NCBI GenBank assembly: GCA_023254815.1 | Contig: JALRKI010000072.1 | Coordinates: forward strand, 1 to 44,698 | Source of the DNA: Flavobacteriaceae bacterium | GTDB taxonomy: Bacteria > Bacteroidota > Bacteroidia > Flavobacteriales > Flavobacteriaceae | DNA length: 44,698 nt | Direction of reading: 5' to 3' | Part shown: piece after piece, positions 29,078 to 36,775 of the stretch | How positions within the stretch are numbered: position 1 is the first letter of the stretch | How the letters are laid out: each line of letters begins with the position of its first letter | Made by a program: the position numbers and the translations under genes | Notes under the pieces: generated by a model | Databases searched by the model: none | Seen by the model: the letters and a program-made list of their open reading frames with translations, nothing else | Told to the model about the DNA's origin: nothing

Positions 29078-29094
29078 TTGGAAATACTTTCATT

Positions 29095-29277
29095 ATGGTT
29101 TTTGATTTAAGCATTATATTGGCTGTTGGGCCCTGGCAAATAGTTCTTGTGATTGTTGCTATTGTATTTCTATTTGGAGGCAAAAAAATACCAGAACTGA
29201 TGAGAGGCTTGGGTACTGGAATCAAAGAATTTAAAAACGCCAGCAAGGAAGACCCTAAAGAAGACAAAGAGAAATAG
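29095..29277 (+). CDS. tatA: Twin-arginine translocase TatA/E
   Basis: 60 aa: a TM helix, then FGGKKIPELMRGLGTGIKEFK. Confidence 0.85.
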   Translation: MVFDLSIILAVGPWQIVLVIVAIVFLFGGKKIPELMRGLGTGIKEFKNASKEDPKEDKEK

Positions 29278-29283
29278 GCGGTC

Positions 29284-30258
29284 TTATATTTTGATGGATT
29301 TCAAAATAGCTTCTAGTTCCAGCATATAGTCTCTTTTTCCTTTTGACGGCGCCAAAACGAATCCTTCTGCAACGATCCATCGACTGTGCTGACTGTCATA
29401 GATGGTGTAGTTGACAAATGGACCAGCCATGAAAGCATTTGCTAGCTCCCAAGTACTGCGAGTTTCATAAGTTTTGAGTCCATCGATTTCGGTCATTTTA
29501 AGTTGTGGCACGTAGGTTCTTTCCGTAATCATATAAGACCCTTCTACTGGACCTGGAATTTGGATTTCACCAATTGAATCGCGAATTGCAATTATTTGTT
29601 CCAAAATTGGTGCATTGAGGTTTATCCTGTTCTCGTCCAGTTCAAATATCATAAAATTTACGCTTCCTGACTCGATGTCCCTTCTCGCCCAAACAAAGGA
29701 ATTATCGATGGAAGCAATTCTATATGCCGATGGAAAATTAAGGGCTAACCCCAAGTTCTTTTTAATACTCTTGTCCTTGTTTAAAGATTTGCCAATCTGA
29801 CGTTGCTTTTCGGCCACTTCGGATTCTTGAAAAGCCTTGATAATCAAATTCTTGTTGAGGTTTAATTGCTCCGAGATGGCCTGATCTGTGGGTCCAGAAA
29901 CCTCGACCAAAGTTTGCGGCTTTGCATAGACGTCGCTAAAAATAGCTACTGCAGCACTGTCAGATTTTAATAACCTCAAAACAGTTCTGTTTTTACGAGT
30001 AAACCCTGAGAAGACTTTTTGTGGGATATAGTGTAAATCAAACATTGGCTCATCTTGGGGCAAGCCATAAAGTACTCCTCCTATTGTATTACGAACGGCC
30101 GAGCCTGAGGCTCCCTCCCAAAGATCAATATCAGCGACTACAGAAATATTGTTGAGTTTTCCTGATGATAGCGGTTTAATGTCTCTGGAATTGCGCAAAT
30201 CGTTCCCGCAAGAGAATAGTCCAAAAATTAATGCAATTGATACGCCGATATATTTCAT
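29284..30258 (-). CDS. Lipoprotein of unknown function (DUF4837-like from memory)
   Basis: Trimmed to MKYIGVSIALIFGLFSC-GND (ATG 30258-30256), which gives a lipobox. Confidence 0.55.
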   Translation of the reverse strand: MKYIGVSIALIFGLFSCGNDLRNSRDIKPLSSGKLNNISVVADIDLWEGASGSAVRNTIGGVLYGLPQDEPMFDLHYIPQKVFSGFTRKNRTVLRLLKSDSAAVAIFSDVYAKPQTLVEVSGPTDQAISEQLNLNKNLIIKAFQESEVAEKQRQIGKSLNKDKSIKKNLGLALNFPSAYRIASIDNSFVWARRDIESGSVNFMIFELDENRINLNAPILEQIIAIRDSIGEIQIPGPVEGSYMITERTYVPQLKMTEIDGLKTYETRSTWELANAFMAGPFVNYTIYDSQHSRWIVAEGFVLAPSKGKRDYMLELEAILKSIKI

Positions 30259-30310
30259 GTTTCTTTGTTTATTAACTCTGTACAACATCCATGCCAACAG
30301 AAACCGCCCC

Positions 30311-31498
30311 TTAGTTCAGGACAGCAGCAACCCCAGGCAAGATTCTTCCCTCCAAACTCTCTAACATTGCTCCTCCACCGGTGCTTACATAACTCATTTG
30401 ATCATGCAGGTCAAATTGTTTGACCGCCGCAACCGAATCGCCTCCTCCGACTAACGAAAATGCCCCTGTCTTAGTAGCTTTTGCAATAGCTTGTCCTAAG
30501 GATTTTGTCCCATGAGAAAAGGCCGTCATTTCGAAAACACCAACTGGACCATTCCATAAAATGGTTCTCGACTCTGCTATTATTTGCGAAAAAGAGGCTA
30601 TAGTCTTTGGCCCAATGTCCAGGCCCATCCATCCAGCGGGAATTTCGCCAGTGGGAAATACTCTTGTTTGTGCGGTTTCAGAAAATGCATCTGCCGCTAA
30701 GGTGTCAATCGGTAAATGAACTTTCACATTTTTTATTTTAGCTTGTTCTAAAATAGACATTGCCAAATCTAACTTGTCATCTTCTACAAGTGAATCTCCA
30801 ACCGATCCGCCACAAGCCTTGATAAATGTGTAAGCCATTCCTCCTCCAATAATTAAATGATCAATGGGGCCTAAAATATTGTCGATAATGGTAATTTTAG
30901 AAGAGACTTTAGCGCCTCCCAAAATGGCAGTAACAGGCTTTTCGCCGTGATCCATAATCATGGCAATGCTATCAATTTCTTTGGCTAGGAGCAACCCAAA
31001 ACATTTAGCGTTAGGAAAGAAATTCGCCACAATAGCCGTTGAAGCGTGTGCCCGGTGCGCTGTGCCAAAAGCGTCATTGACATAAACATCTCCCAAATGT
31101 GATAGTTGTTCGGCAAATTTATGATCCCCTTGAGTTTCTTCATCATAAAATCTAAGATTTTCTAACAACAATACATCGCCCTTATTGAGCATTTTAACGG
31201 CCCTTTCAGCTTCTTCGCCAACAGTGCTTTTGCAAAATTTTGGTTCAAATCCCAACGCCGTGGTCAGGGCTGGGACGATATGCCTCAAAGAGCAGCTTGA
31301 ATCCACTCCTTTGGGGCGACCCAAATGAGACATGAGCACACATTTGCCACCATCATTTAAAATCTTCTTGATGGTGGGTATAGCAGCTTCAATTCGCGTG
31401 GGGTCTGTCACATGGAACAGATCGTCAAGAGGCACATTAAAATCTACCCTAATGAGCGCGCATTTTCTTGCGAAATGTATGTCGTTTATGGTTGTCAT
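30311..31498 (-). CDS. pgk: Phosphoglycerate kinase
   Basis: Trimmed to MTTINDIHF... (ATG 31498). VDFNVPL motif and C-terminal STGGGAMLE. Confidence 0.95.
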   Translation of the reverse strand: MTTINDIHFARKCALIRVDFNVPLDDLFHVTDPTRIEAAIPTIKKILNDGGKCVLMSHLGRPKGVDSSCSLRHIVPALTTALGFEPKFCKSTVGEEAERAVKMLNKGDVLLLENLRFYDEETQGDHKFAEQLSHLGDVYVNDAFGTAHRAHASTAIVANFFPNAKCFGLLLAKEIDSIAMIMDHGEKPVTAILGGAKVSSKITIIDNILGPIDHLIIGGGMAYTFIKACGGSVGDSLVEDDKLDLAMSILEQAKIKNVKVHLPIDTLAADAFSETAQTRVFPTGEIPAGWMGLDIGPKTIASFSQIIAESRTILWNGPVGVFEMTAFSHGTKSLGQAIAKATKTGAFSLVGGGDSVAAVKQFDLHDQMSYVSTGGGAMLESLEGRILPGVAAVLN

Positions 31499-31523
31499 GA
31501 TTTGTTTGATGAATTTAGTGGGA

Positions 31524-31531
31524 CAAATATA
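31524..31531 (-). promoter_or_regulatory. -7 box TATATTTG for pgk
   Basis: The plus strand reads CAAATATA, 25 nt from the ATG at 31498. Confidence 0.4.
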
Positions 31532-31566
31532 AAGCATCCAATAAAACAAGCCTGAAACAAATGGGC

Positions 31567-31574
31567 TATCTTTG
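31567..31574 (+). promoter_or_regulatory. -7 box TATCTTTG 4 nt upstream of the preferred holB ATG
   Basis: Exact TAnnTTTG. It lies inside the longer track ORF (ATG 31561), so either holB is near-leaderless from 31579 or the match is coincidental. Confidence 0.25.
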
Positions 31575-31578
31575 TTCG

Positions 31579-32718
31579 ATGCGTTTCGATAATATTATTG
31601 GTCATTACAAACTACGCGAGCAATTGCAGCAAGACATTTCTCATGGGCGTATTCCCCATGCTCAACTGTTTGTTGGCGCAGAGGGAAGTGGAGCGCTTCC
31701 TCTTGCCATTGCTTACGCTCATCGACTAATTACCTCCAGTTCGAAAACCTCTGACGACCACCATATTGATCCTTTGGCTCACCCTGACATTCATTATGTG
31801 TTTCCCGTAGCTGCCAACGACAAGATTAAAAAACATCCCATTTCTTCTCTTTTTCTTGAAGATTGGAGGTCTTTTGTTAATGCTCAACCTTACGGCAACT
31901 TATTCGATTGGTACCAAGAAATCAACATAGAGAACAAACAAGGGCAAATAGGAGTTGATGAAGCTCAGGACATCATCAAATCTCTCGCTTTAAAATCGTT
32001 TGAAGGAGGATATAAAATAATTATTGTTTGGATGGCAGAAAAAATGAATGCGGCTGCATCAAATAAGCTTCTTAAAATGATAGAAGAGCCGCCAGCCCAG
32101 ACCGTATTTCTTCTAATTGCCGAAGATGAAGGACAAATTCTAGGCACCATTCGATCTCGCTGCCAATACATCCGAGTGCCTCAATTGACTCAATCAGAAA
32201 TGGTTAACGCCTTAGTGGGCCGTTTTGAAATAGACTATTCCGTAGCCCAAAGCATAGCCGTTCGGGCTCAAGGGAACTTTAATAAGGCTACCGATTTGGT
32301 GTACAGAGATAGCGAAGAACAGCTGTTCGATACTTGGTTTGTGCAATGGGTGCGTTCTGCTTTTATGGTAAAACAGAATAAAAGTGCGGTCAACGACTTG
32401 ATGCTTTGGAGTTTTGAAGTGTCAAAAACTGGTCGAGAAACGCAAAAAAGATTTATCCAATACTGTCTGCATATTTTCCGCCAGGCTCTGTTGAAAAACT
32501 ATGGTATGAATAGTATGGTTATTGATCCTTTAACCACGGATGGGTTCAGTTTTGATCAATTCGCGGCATTCATCCACGAAAGCAACATTATTCCAATTAG
32601 AGAGGCGCTCGAGGAGGCCTTTATTCACGTTTCTCGAAACGGCAATTCCAAACTTATTTGGACCGATTTGTCTCTTGTTTTAACACGCCTTTTCCACAAA
32701 AAGCCAGTCGAGTTGTAG
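31579..32718 (+). CDS. holB: DNA polymerase III delta-prime subunit
   Basis: HAQLFVGAEGSG, a sensor motif TIRSRCQ, and KLLKMIEEPP. The start may instead be at 31561. Confidence 0.8.
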   Translation: MRFDNIIGHYKLREQLQQDISHGRIPHAQLFVGAEGSGALPLAIAYAHRLITSSSKTSDDHHIDPLAHPDIHYVFPVAANDKIKKHPISSLFLEDWRSFVNAQPYGNLFDWYQEINIENKQGQIGVDEAQDIIKSLALKSFEGGYKIIIVWMAEKMNAAASNKLLKMIEEPPAQTVFLLIAEDEGQILGTIRSRCQYIRVPQLTQSEMVNALVGRFEIDYSVAQSIAVRAQGNFNKATDLVYRDSEEQLFDTWFVQWVRSAFMVKQNKSAVNDLMLWSFEVSKTGRETQKRFIQYCLHIFRQALLKNYGMNSMVIDPLTTDGFSFDQFAAFIHESNIIPIREALEEAFIHVSRNGNSKLIWTDLSLVLTRLFHKKPVEL

Positions 32719-32794
32719 TCATCCTTTGAACGAGCTATTTGTCAATTCCTATTCAAACTGTCTGTAAATCAGCATTTTAAAAATTATTCATCAA

Positions 32795-32802
32795 TATATT
32801 TG
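32795..32802 (+). promoter_or_regulatory. Orphan -7-like box TATATTTG with no downstream gene
   Basis: Exact match to the variant found upstream of pgk, mnmG and the DUF4254-like gene. Followed directly by the inverted repeat TGTCTCC-N21-GGAGACA (32801-32835). Confidence 0.2.
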
Positions 32803-32911
32803 TCTCCCTCGCCTGAAGTGAAAACTGCGGAGACACAACCATGGAAGGTGCAAAAAGGGCGTAAATTAGATGATAGTATTTTGAAAAAGACATCAGACAC
32901 CTCACTAAAAC

Positions 32912-32940
32912 AAAAAATCCCCCACAAGCGAATGCGAGGG
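32912..32940 (-). terminator. Intrinsic terminator of ompH
   Basis: On the minus strand: CCCTCGCA-TTCGCT-TGTGGGGG (8 bp including two G:U pairs) followed by ATTTTTTG. Starts 22 nt after the ompH stop. Pairing is weaker on the plus strand. Confidence 0.65.
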
Positions 32941-32962
32941 AAAATGCTAAAATGAACCGAAG

Positions 32963-33487
32963 TTATTTTTTGGCTTTATAAGCGGCATTTATAGCCTCTA
33001 GAATGGTCTCGGTTAGATCATTCTCTTCTGAGCCATATAGGACGCTCCCAGCGTCGTTAGAGCCTAAAATAAAGGTGTAATTGTTGGTTTGAGCATAGTC
33101 CTTAATAAAGTCCTTGATGCGCTTGACAAGTGTGTCATTATTGGCCTGACTCTCATTGGCCAAAGCCTGTTGCTGCGCTTGAATCTGCTGGGTTAAGAAT
33201 TGTTCCTTTTGCTGAAGCTCTTGAGAAAGCTGTTGAATTTGAGCTTGACTCATTCGTGCTGCACGAATTTCTGCTGCCCCAATTTCTTGTTGAAATGCAT
33301 TTCTCAAGCTGTCGGTACTTGCCTGAAAGGCGTCTATTTTCAATTGGAGGGCGGAGTCCATATCCTTTTTTTCGTTGTATTCGTTAATGACCTTAGCGTT
33401 GTCAACAAAAGCAATTTTTTCGGAAGACTGGCATGAACTAAATAGCGCTAGAAACGTTAATCCCAATAAGTAAAAATTATATTTCAT
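32963..33487 (-). CDS. OmpH/Skp-family periplasmic chaperone
   Basis: 174 aa with a signal peptide ending in FSSC and a Q-rich coiled coil (QQLSQELQQKEQFLTQQIQAQQQAL). Confidence 0.8.
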   Translation of the reverse strand: MKYNFYLLGLTFLALFSSCQSSEKIAFVDNAKVINEYNEKKDMDSALQLKIDAFQASTDSLRNAFQQEIGAAEIRAARMSQAQIQQLSQELQQKEQFLTQQIQAQQQALANESQANNDTLVKRIKDFIKDYAQTNNYTFILGSNDAGSVLYGSEENDLTETILEAINAAYKAKK

Positions 33488-33512
33488 GATTCTATAGGTT
33501 GTATAATTACGG

Positions 33513-33520
33513 CAAAAGTA
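33513..33520 (-). promoter_or_regulatory. -7 box TACTTTTG for ompH
   Basis: The plus strand reads CAAAAGTA, 25 nt from the ATG at 33487. Confidence 0.35.
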
Positions 33521-33557
33521 AGAAAGCCTTGTAAATAAGTTGACTTATGAGCCAGTT

Positions 33558-34394
33558 TTATGCAGTTGCCTTTTCAAAGATATAGATTCTTGAGGAAAAC
33601 TCTCCTGTAATTAGCCCGTTTATGTTGGACAAAGTGCCTTGCCAAAGGGCTTTGAGCCAACGGTATTTCGAATGCCTATAAGTTTCTGAAAGCAACGAAA
33701 TATAATAAGCGTCTAACAGCAGTGGTTTGGAACATGAGAGGTGAAAGCCATGCGACTTCATCAGCTTAGTTAAACTGTCTTTTGAAAAATGCCAAAGGTG
33801 CCTGGGAACATCGTAAGCGGCCCAATATTGACCATAGTAACGAGCGTCATGGCTCAAATGATTAGGAAGTGCCACAATCAGTTTTCCTTGGTTGTCAAGC
33901 AAACGATTAAAATTTGTCAAAGACTGATCCAGATCTGGTAGATGCTCCAATACATGCCACAAAGTGATGGCGTCAAAACTCGAATTTTCCCATACTTGGA
34001 GTTGCTCGTTGTCAAATACGGCATTCTCAGTGAGGTGATTTGCCGACAATCGCGCATGCTCATTGGGCTCAACGCCCAAAACCAGCCAGCCAGATTTTTG
34101 CATGGATTTGAGAAAAAATCCTGGTCCGCATCCCACATCCAGCAATCTTTTTCCATTCATTTTCAGCCGTTTAACGATATTAGATTTGTGAAAAACAGAA
34201 AAAGAACGCAGAAAAGAATACACATGCTCCAAAAAATTTCTCGGTGCCGTTTGATGAGAGAGGTAATCGTCATAGGGATAATAGCTTGGAATTTCCCCTT
34301 TAGTAGGTTTTGGAGTAGTCATCAAATACTCATGCTCTGGATGGCTTTCCAAATGAAACCATTTTTTAGAAACCAAATGATCTTGTATTTTCAT
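33558..34394 (-). CDS. Class I SAM-dependent methyltransferase
   Basis: Trimmed to MKIQDHLVSKKWF... (ATG 34394), which removes the overlap with mnmG. SAM motif LLDVGCGPGFF. Confidence 0.8.
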   Translation of the reverse strand: MKIQDHLVSKKWFHLESHPEHEYLMTTPKPTKGEIPSYYPYDDYLSHQTAPRNFLEHVYSFLRSFSVFHKSNIVKRLKMNGKRLLDVGCGPGFFLKSMQKSGWLVLGVEPNEHARLSANHLTENAVFDNEQLQVWENSSFDAITLWHVLEHLPDLDQSLTNFNRLLDNQGKLIVALPNHLSHDARYYGQYWAAYDVPRHLWHFSKDSLTKLMKSHGFHLSCSKPLLLDAYYISLLSETYRHSKYRWLKALWQGTLSNINGLITGEFSSRIYIFEKATA

Positions 34395-34428
34395 CTCAAG
34401 GTTGATATGTTTCACGTGGAACAAATAT

Positions 34429-36306
34429 TTATCTCCCCATGTAAACAAGCAATACAGAAATGTCATTTGGAGAAACTCCGCTAACTCTAGACGCTTGAGC
34501 GACTGTCCTAGGCTGAATAGCTTTGAGCTTTTCCCTCGCCTCAAAACTCATAGAAGAAATCTGAGAAAAATCGAACTCCTCTGGAATTCTAACTCCTTCC
34601 AAGCGAATCAGCTTATCTGCATTGTTTTTTTCCTTTGCGATATAACCAGCATATTTCAACTGAACTGTCACCTGTTCTTTGACTTCTTCGTCAGGATTCT
34701 CAACTTCTAAATACTGCTTAACAGACTCGAGTCCTTCCAAATCCTCCAGCTCGATGTTGGGCCGTGTTAAAATTTTAACCAATTTATCCGATTGTTTTAC
34801 CGTTGCAGAATTATTCTTCTCCAGAACAGGATTAATGTCGGTAGGACCTACGCTGGTTTTTTGAAAAAAAGAAACGAATTTTTCTGTTGCCAGCTCCTTT
34901 TGCTCCATCCTTTTCATGCGATCAGTTTTTGCTAAGCCGATCGCAAATCCCTTTGGAGTTAAACGAAAGTCTGCGTTGTCCTGCCGCAAAAGAGTGCGGT
35001 ATTCCGCCCTGGAGGTAAACATGCGGTAGGGCTCTTCCGTGCCCTTAGTAATCAGGTCGTCAATTAGCACTCCAATATATGCCTCATCTCTATGGAGAAT
35101 AAATGGGTCTTCTTCCTTGACAAACAACGCAGCATTGACCCCCGCCATAAGTCCTTGCGCAGCCGCCTCTTCGTATCCTGTGGTGCCATTAATTTGTCCC
35201 GCAAAATAAAGTCCAGGGATTAGTTTGGTTTCTAACGTATGATTCAACTGAGTAGGAGGAAAATAATCGTATTCTATAGCGTATCCCGGTCTAAAAAACC
35301 TAACGTTCTCGAATCCTTCCACTTTACGCAATGCATTGAATTGAGTGTCTTCTGGAAGTGAGGTAGAGAATCCATTGACATACACCTCGACGGTATTCCA
35401 CCCTTCTGGCTCCACAAAAATTTGATGACGATCTTTGTCCGCAAAGCGATTAATCTTATCCTCTATAGAGGGACAATAGCGCGGCCCTACACTCTTAATC
35501 CGTCCATTAAACATCGGTGATTTTTCAAACCCTTCCCTCAAAAGGTCATGCACTAGGGCTGAAGTATAGGTCATATAACATGAGCGCTGATTAGTCAGAG
35601 GTGTGGTTCTATCACTATATGAAAATTTGCCAGGCTTGAGGTCGCCAGGCTGTTCTTGCATTTTTGAAAAATCCAAGCTCCTGCCATCTACCCTAGGAGG
35701 AGTTCCTGTTTTCATGCGGCCTGCGACAAACCCTAAAGTTTCGAGCTGCTCCGTGATCCCAGTTGAGGCACGCTCGCCAGCCCTACCACCGCCGAACTGC
35801 TTTTCCCCAATATGCATCAAGCCGTTAAGGAAGGTGCCACTAGTTAAAACAACCGTTTTAGATCTCACTTCAACACCTAAAGAGGTTCGAACCCCTACCA
35901 ATTTGTCCTGTTCAATGAGTAGTCCGGTGACCATATCTTGATAAAAGTCTAAAGTGGGCAATTGTTCCAACTCATTTCTCCATGCCTCAGCGAATCTCAT
36001 GCGGTCGCTTTGAACTCGAGGGCTCCACATCGCTGGACCTTTGGATTTGTTAAGCATTTTAAACTGAATGGCTGAAAAGTCACTCACGATACCACTCAAT
36101 CCTCCCAAGGCATCAATCTCACGCACGATTTGGCCTTTAGCAATTCCTCCCATGGCGGGATTGCAAGACATTTGAGCAATATTTTGCAAATTCATGGTAA
36201 TTAAAAGCGTGCTGCAGCCCATATTAGCAGCAGCCGCTGCGGCCTCGCTGCCCGCGTGACCACCACCAACAACAATTACATCATATGTGTTTTTAAATAG
36301 TCCCAT
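34429..36306 (-). CDS. mnmG: tRNA uridine 5-carboxymethylaminomethyl modification enzyme
   Basis: Trimmed to MGLFKNTYDVIVVGGGHAGSEAA (ATG 36306). GidA-family sequence throughout. Confidence 0.95.
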   Translation of the reverse strand: MGLFKNTYDVIVVGGGHAGSEAAAAAANMGCSTLLITMNLQNIAQMSCNPAMGGIAKGQIVREIDALGGLSGIVSDFSAIQFKMLNKSKGPAMWSPRVQSDRMRFAEAWRNELEQLPTLDFYQDMVTGLLIEQDKLVGVRTSLGVEVRSKTVVLTSGTFLNGLMHIGEKQFGGGRAGERASTGITEQLETLGFVAGRMKTGTPPRVDGRSLDFSKMQEQPGDLKPGKFSYSDRTTPLTNQRSCYMTYTSALVHDLLREGFEKSPMFNGRIKSVGPRYCPSIEDKINRFADKDRHQIFVEPEGWNTVEVYVNGFSTSLPEDTQFNALRKVEGFENVRFFRPGYAIEYDYFPPTQLNHTLETKLIPGLYFAGQINGTTGYEEAAAQGLMAGVNAALFVKEEDPFILHRDEAYIGVLIDDLITKGTEEPYRMFTSRAEYRTLLRQDNADFRLTPKGFAIGLAKTDRMKRMEQKELATEKFVSFFQKTSVGPTDINPVLEKNNSATVKQSDKLVKILTRPNIELEDLEGLESVKQYLEVENPDEEVKEQVTVQLKYAGYIAKEKNNADKLIRLEGVRIPEEFDFSQISSMSFEAREKLKAIQPRTVAQASRVSGVSPNDISVLLVYMGR

Positions 36307-36310
36307 AATT

Positions 36311-36324
36311 GTTCCACGTGGAAC
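36311..36324. repeat. Perfect 14-bp palindrome GTTCCACGTGGAAC in the mnmG leader
   Basis: Read directly from the sequence. Lies 4 nt upstream of the mnmG ATG and downstream of the TATATTTG box. Confidence 0.3.
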
Positions 36325-36339
36325 ATTTTGTCGTTCGCG

Positions 36340-36347
36340 CAAATATA
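36340..36347 (-). promoter_or_regulatory. -7 box TATATTTG upstream of mnmG
   Basis: The plus strand reads CAAATATA, 33 nt from the ATG at 36306 and 2 nt after the ybeY stop. Confidence 0.35.
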
Positions 36348-36349
36348 CG

Positions 36350-36775
36350 TTAGTTTATCAATTCTAACGGTCGAAGCAACAGAGCCCTGTCTTCGCCCAG
36401 TCGCATTTGCAAAAGGTCATCTTCCGATTTGTCCTTGTAACCCAAACAATGCAACAAAGCATGTGACATAACCCGATGAAGCTCATCCCTTTCGGTCACC
36501 TTATAAATTAAGGCGTTTTCCCTAACCCTGTCGATCGACACATAGACCTCAGCTTGAATGGATTTGCCACGAGAGTCGTCAAAACAAATCACGTCGGTAT
36601 AAGTGTCGTGGTTTAAGAATTCCTTGTTGAGCCCCAATAAATAGTCGTCATCACAAAACACATAGGACAATTTTAGAATCTCAGCGCCTTCGCTTTCCGC
36701 AACATCAGCGAGCCATTGCTTAACCAACTCGCCAATTGGATAGACGTCCGTTGTTTGATATTCAAATTCAATCAT
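36350..36775 (-). CDS. ybeY: rRNA maturation endoribonuclease YbeY
   Basis: 141 aa with metal motif HALLHCLGYKD. The third ligand position is Asp here rather than the His of E. coli YbeY. Confidence 0.9.
   Translation of the reverse strand: MIEFEYQTTDVYPIGELVKQWLADVAESEGAEILKLSYVFCDDDYLLGLNKEFLNHDTYTDVICFDDSRGKSIQAEVYVSIDRVRENALIYKVTERDELHRVMSHALLHCLGYKDKSEDDLLQMRLGEDRALLLRPLELIN

Noticed and set aside
32836-32870. GGAAGG-containing stretch considered as an SRP RNA domain IV, and the 7-codon ORF ATGGAAGGTGCAAAAAGGGCGTAA.
   Set aside because: It does not continue into the conserved GGAAGCAGCC-type SRP motif or a symmetric-loop helix. The mini-ORF is too short and has no support.
33942-34484. 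180-aa plus-strand ORF antisense to the methyltransferase. Similar long antisense ORFs lie at 19265-19672, 6888-7262, 35603-35941 and 37443-37805.
   Set aside because: Their translations are rich in C, W, H and R with no motifs or hydrophobic periodicity. Each lies wholly inside a well-supported gene on the other strand. These are typical shadow frames, not overlapping genes.
35880-35900. GGTTCGAACCCC, reminiscent of a tRNA T-arm.
   Set aside because: It lies inside the mnmG coding sequence. The flanking bases do not form a 5-bp T-stem, and no acceptor or anticodon arms could be built.
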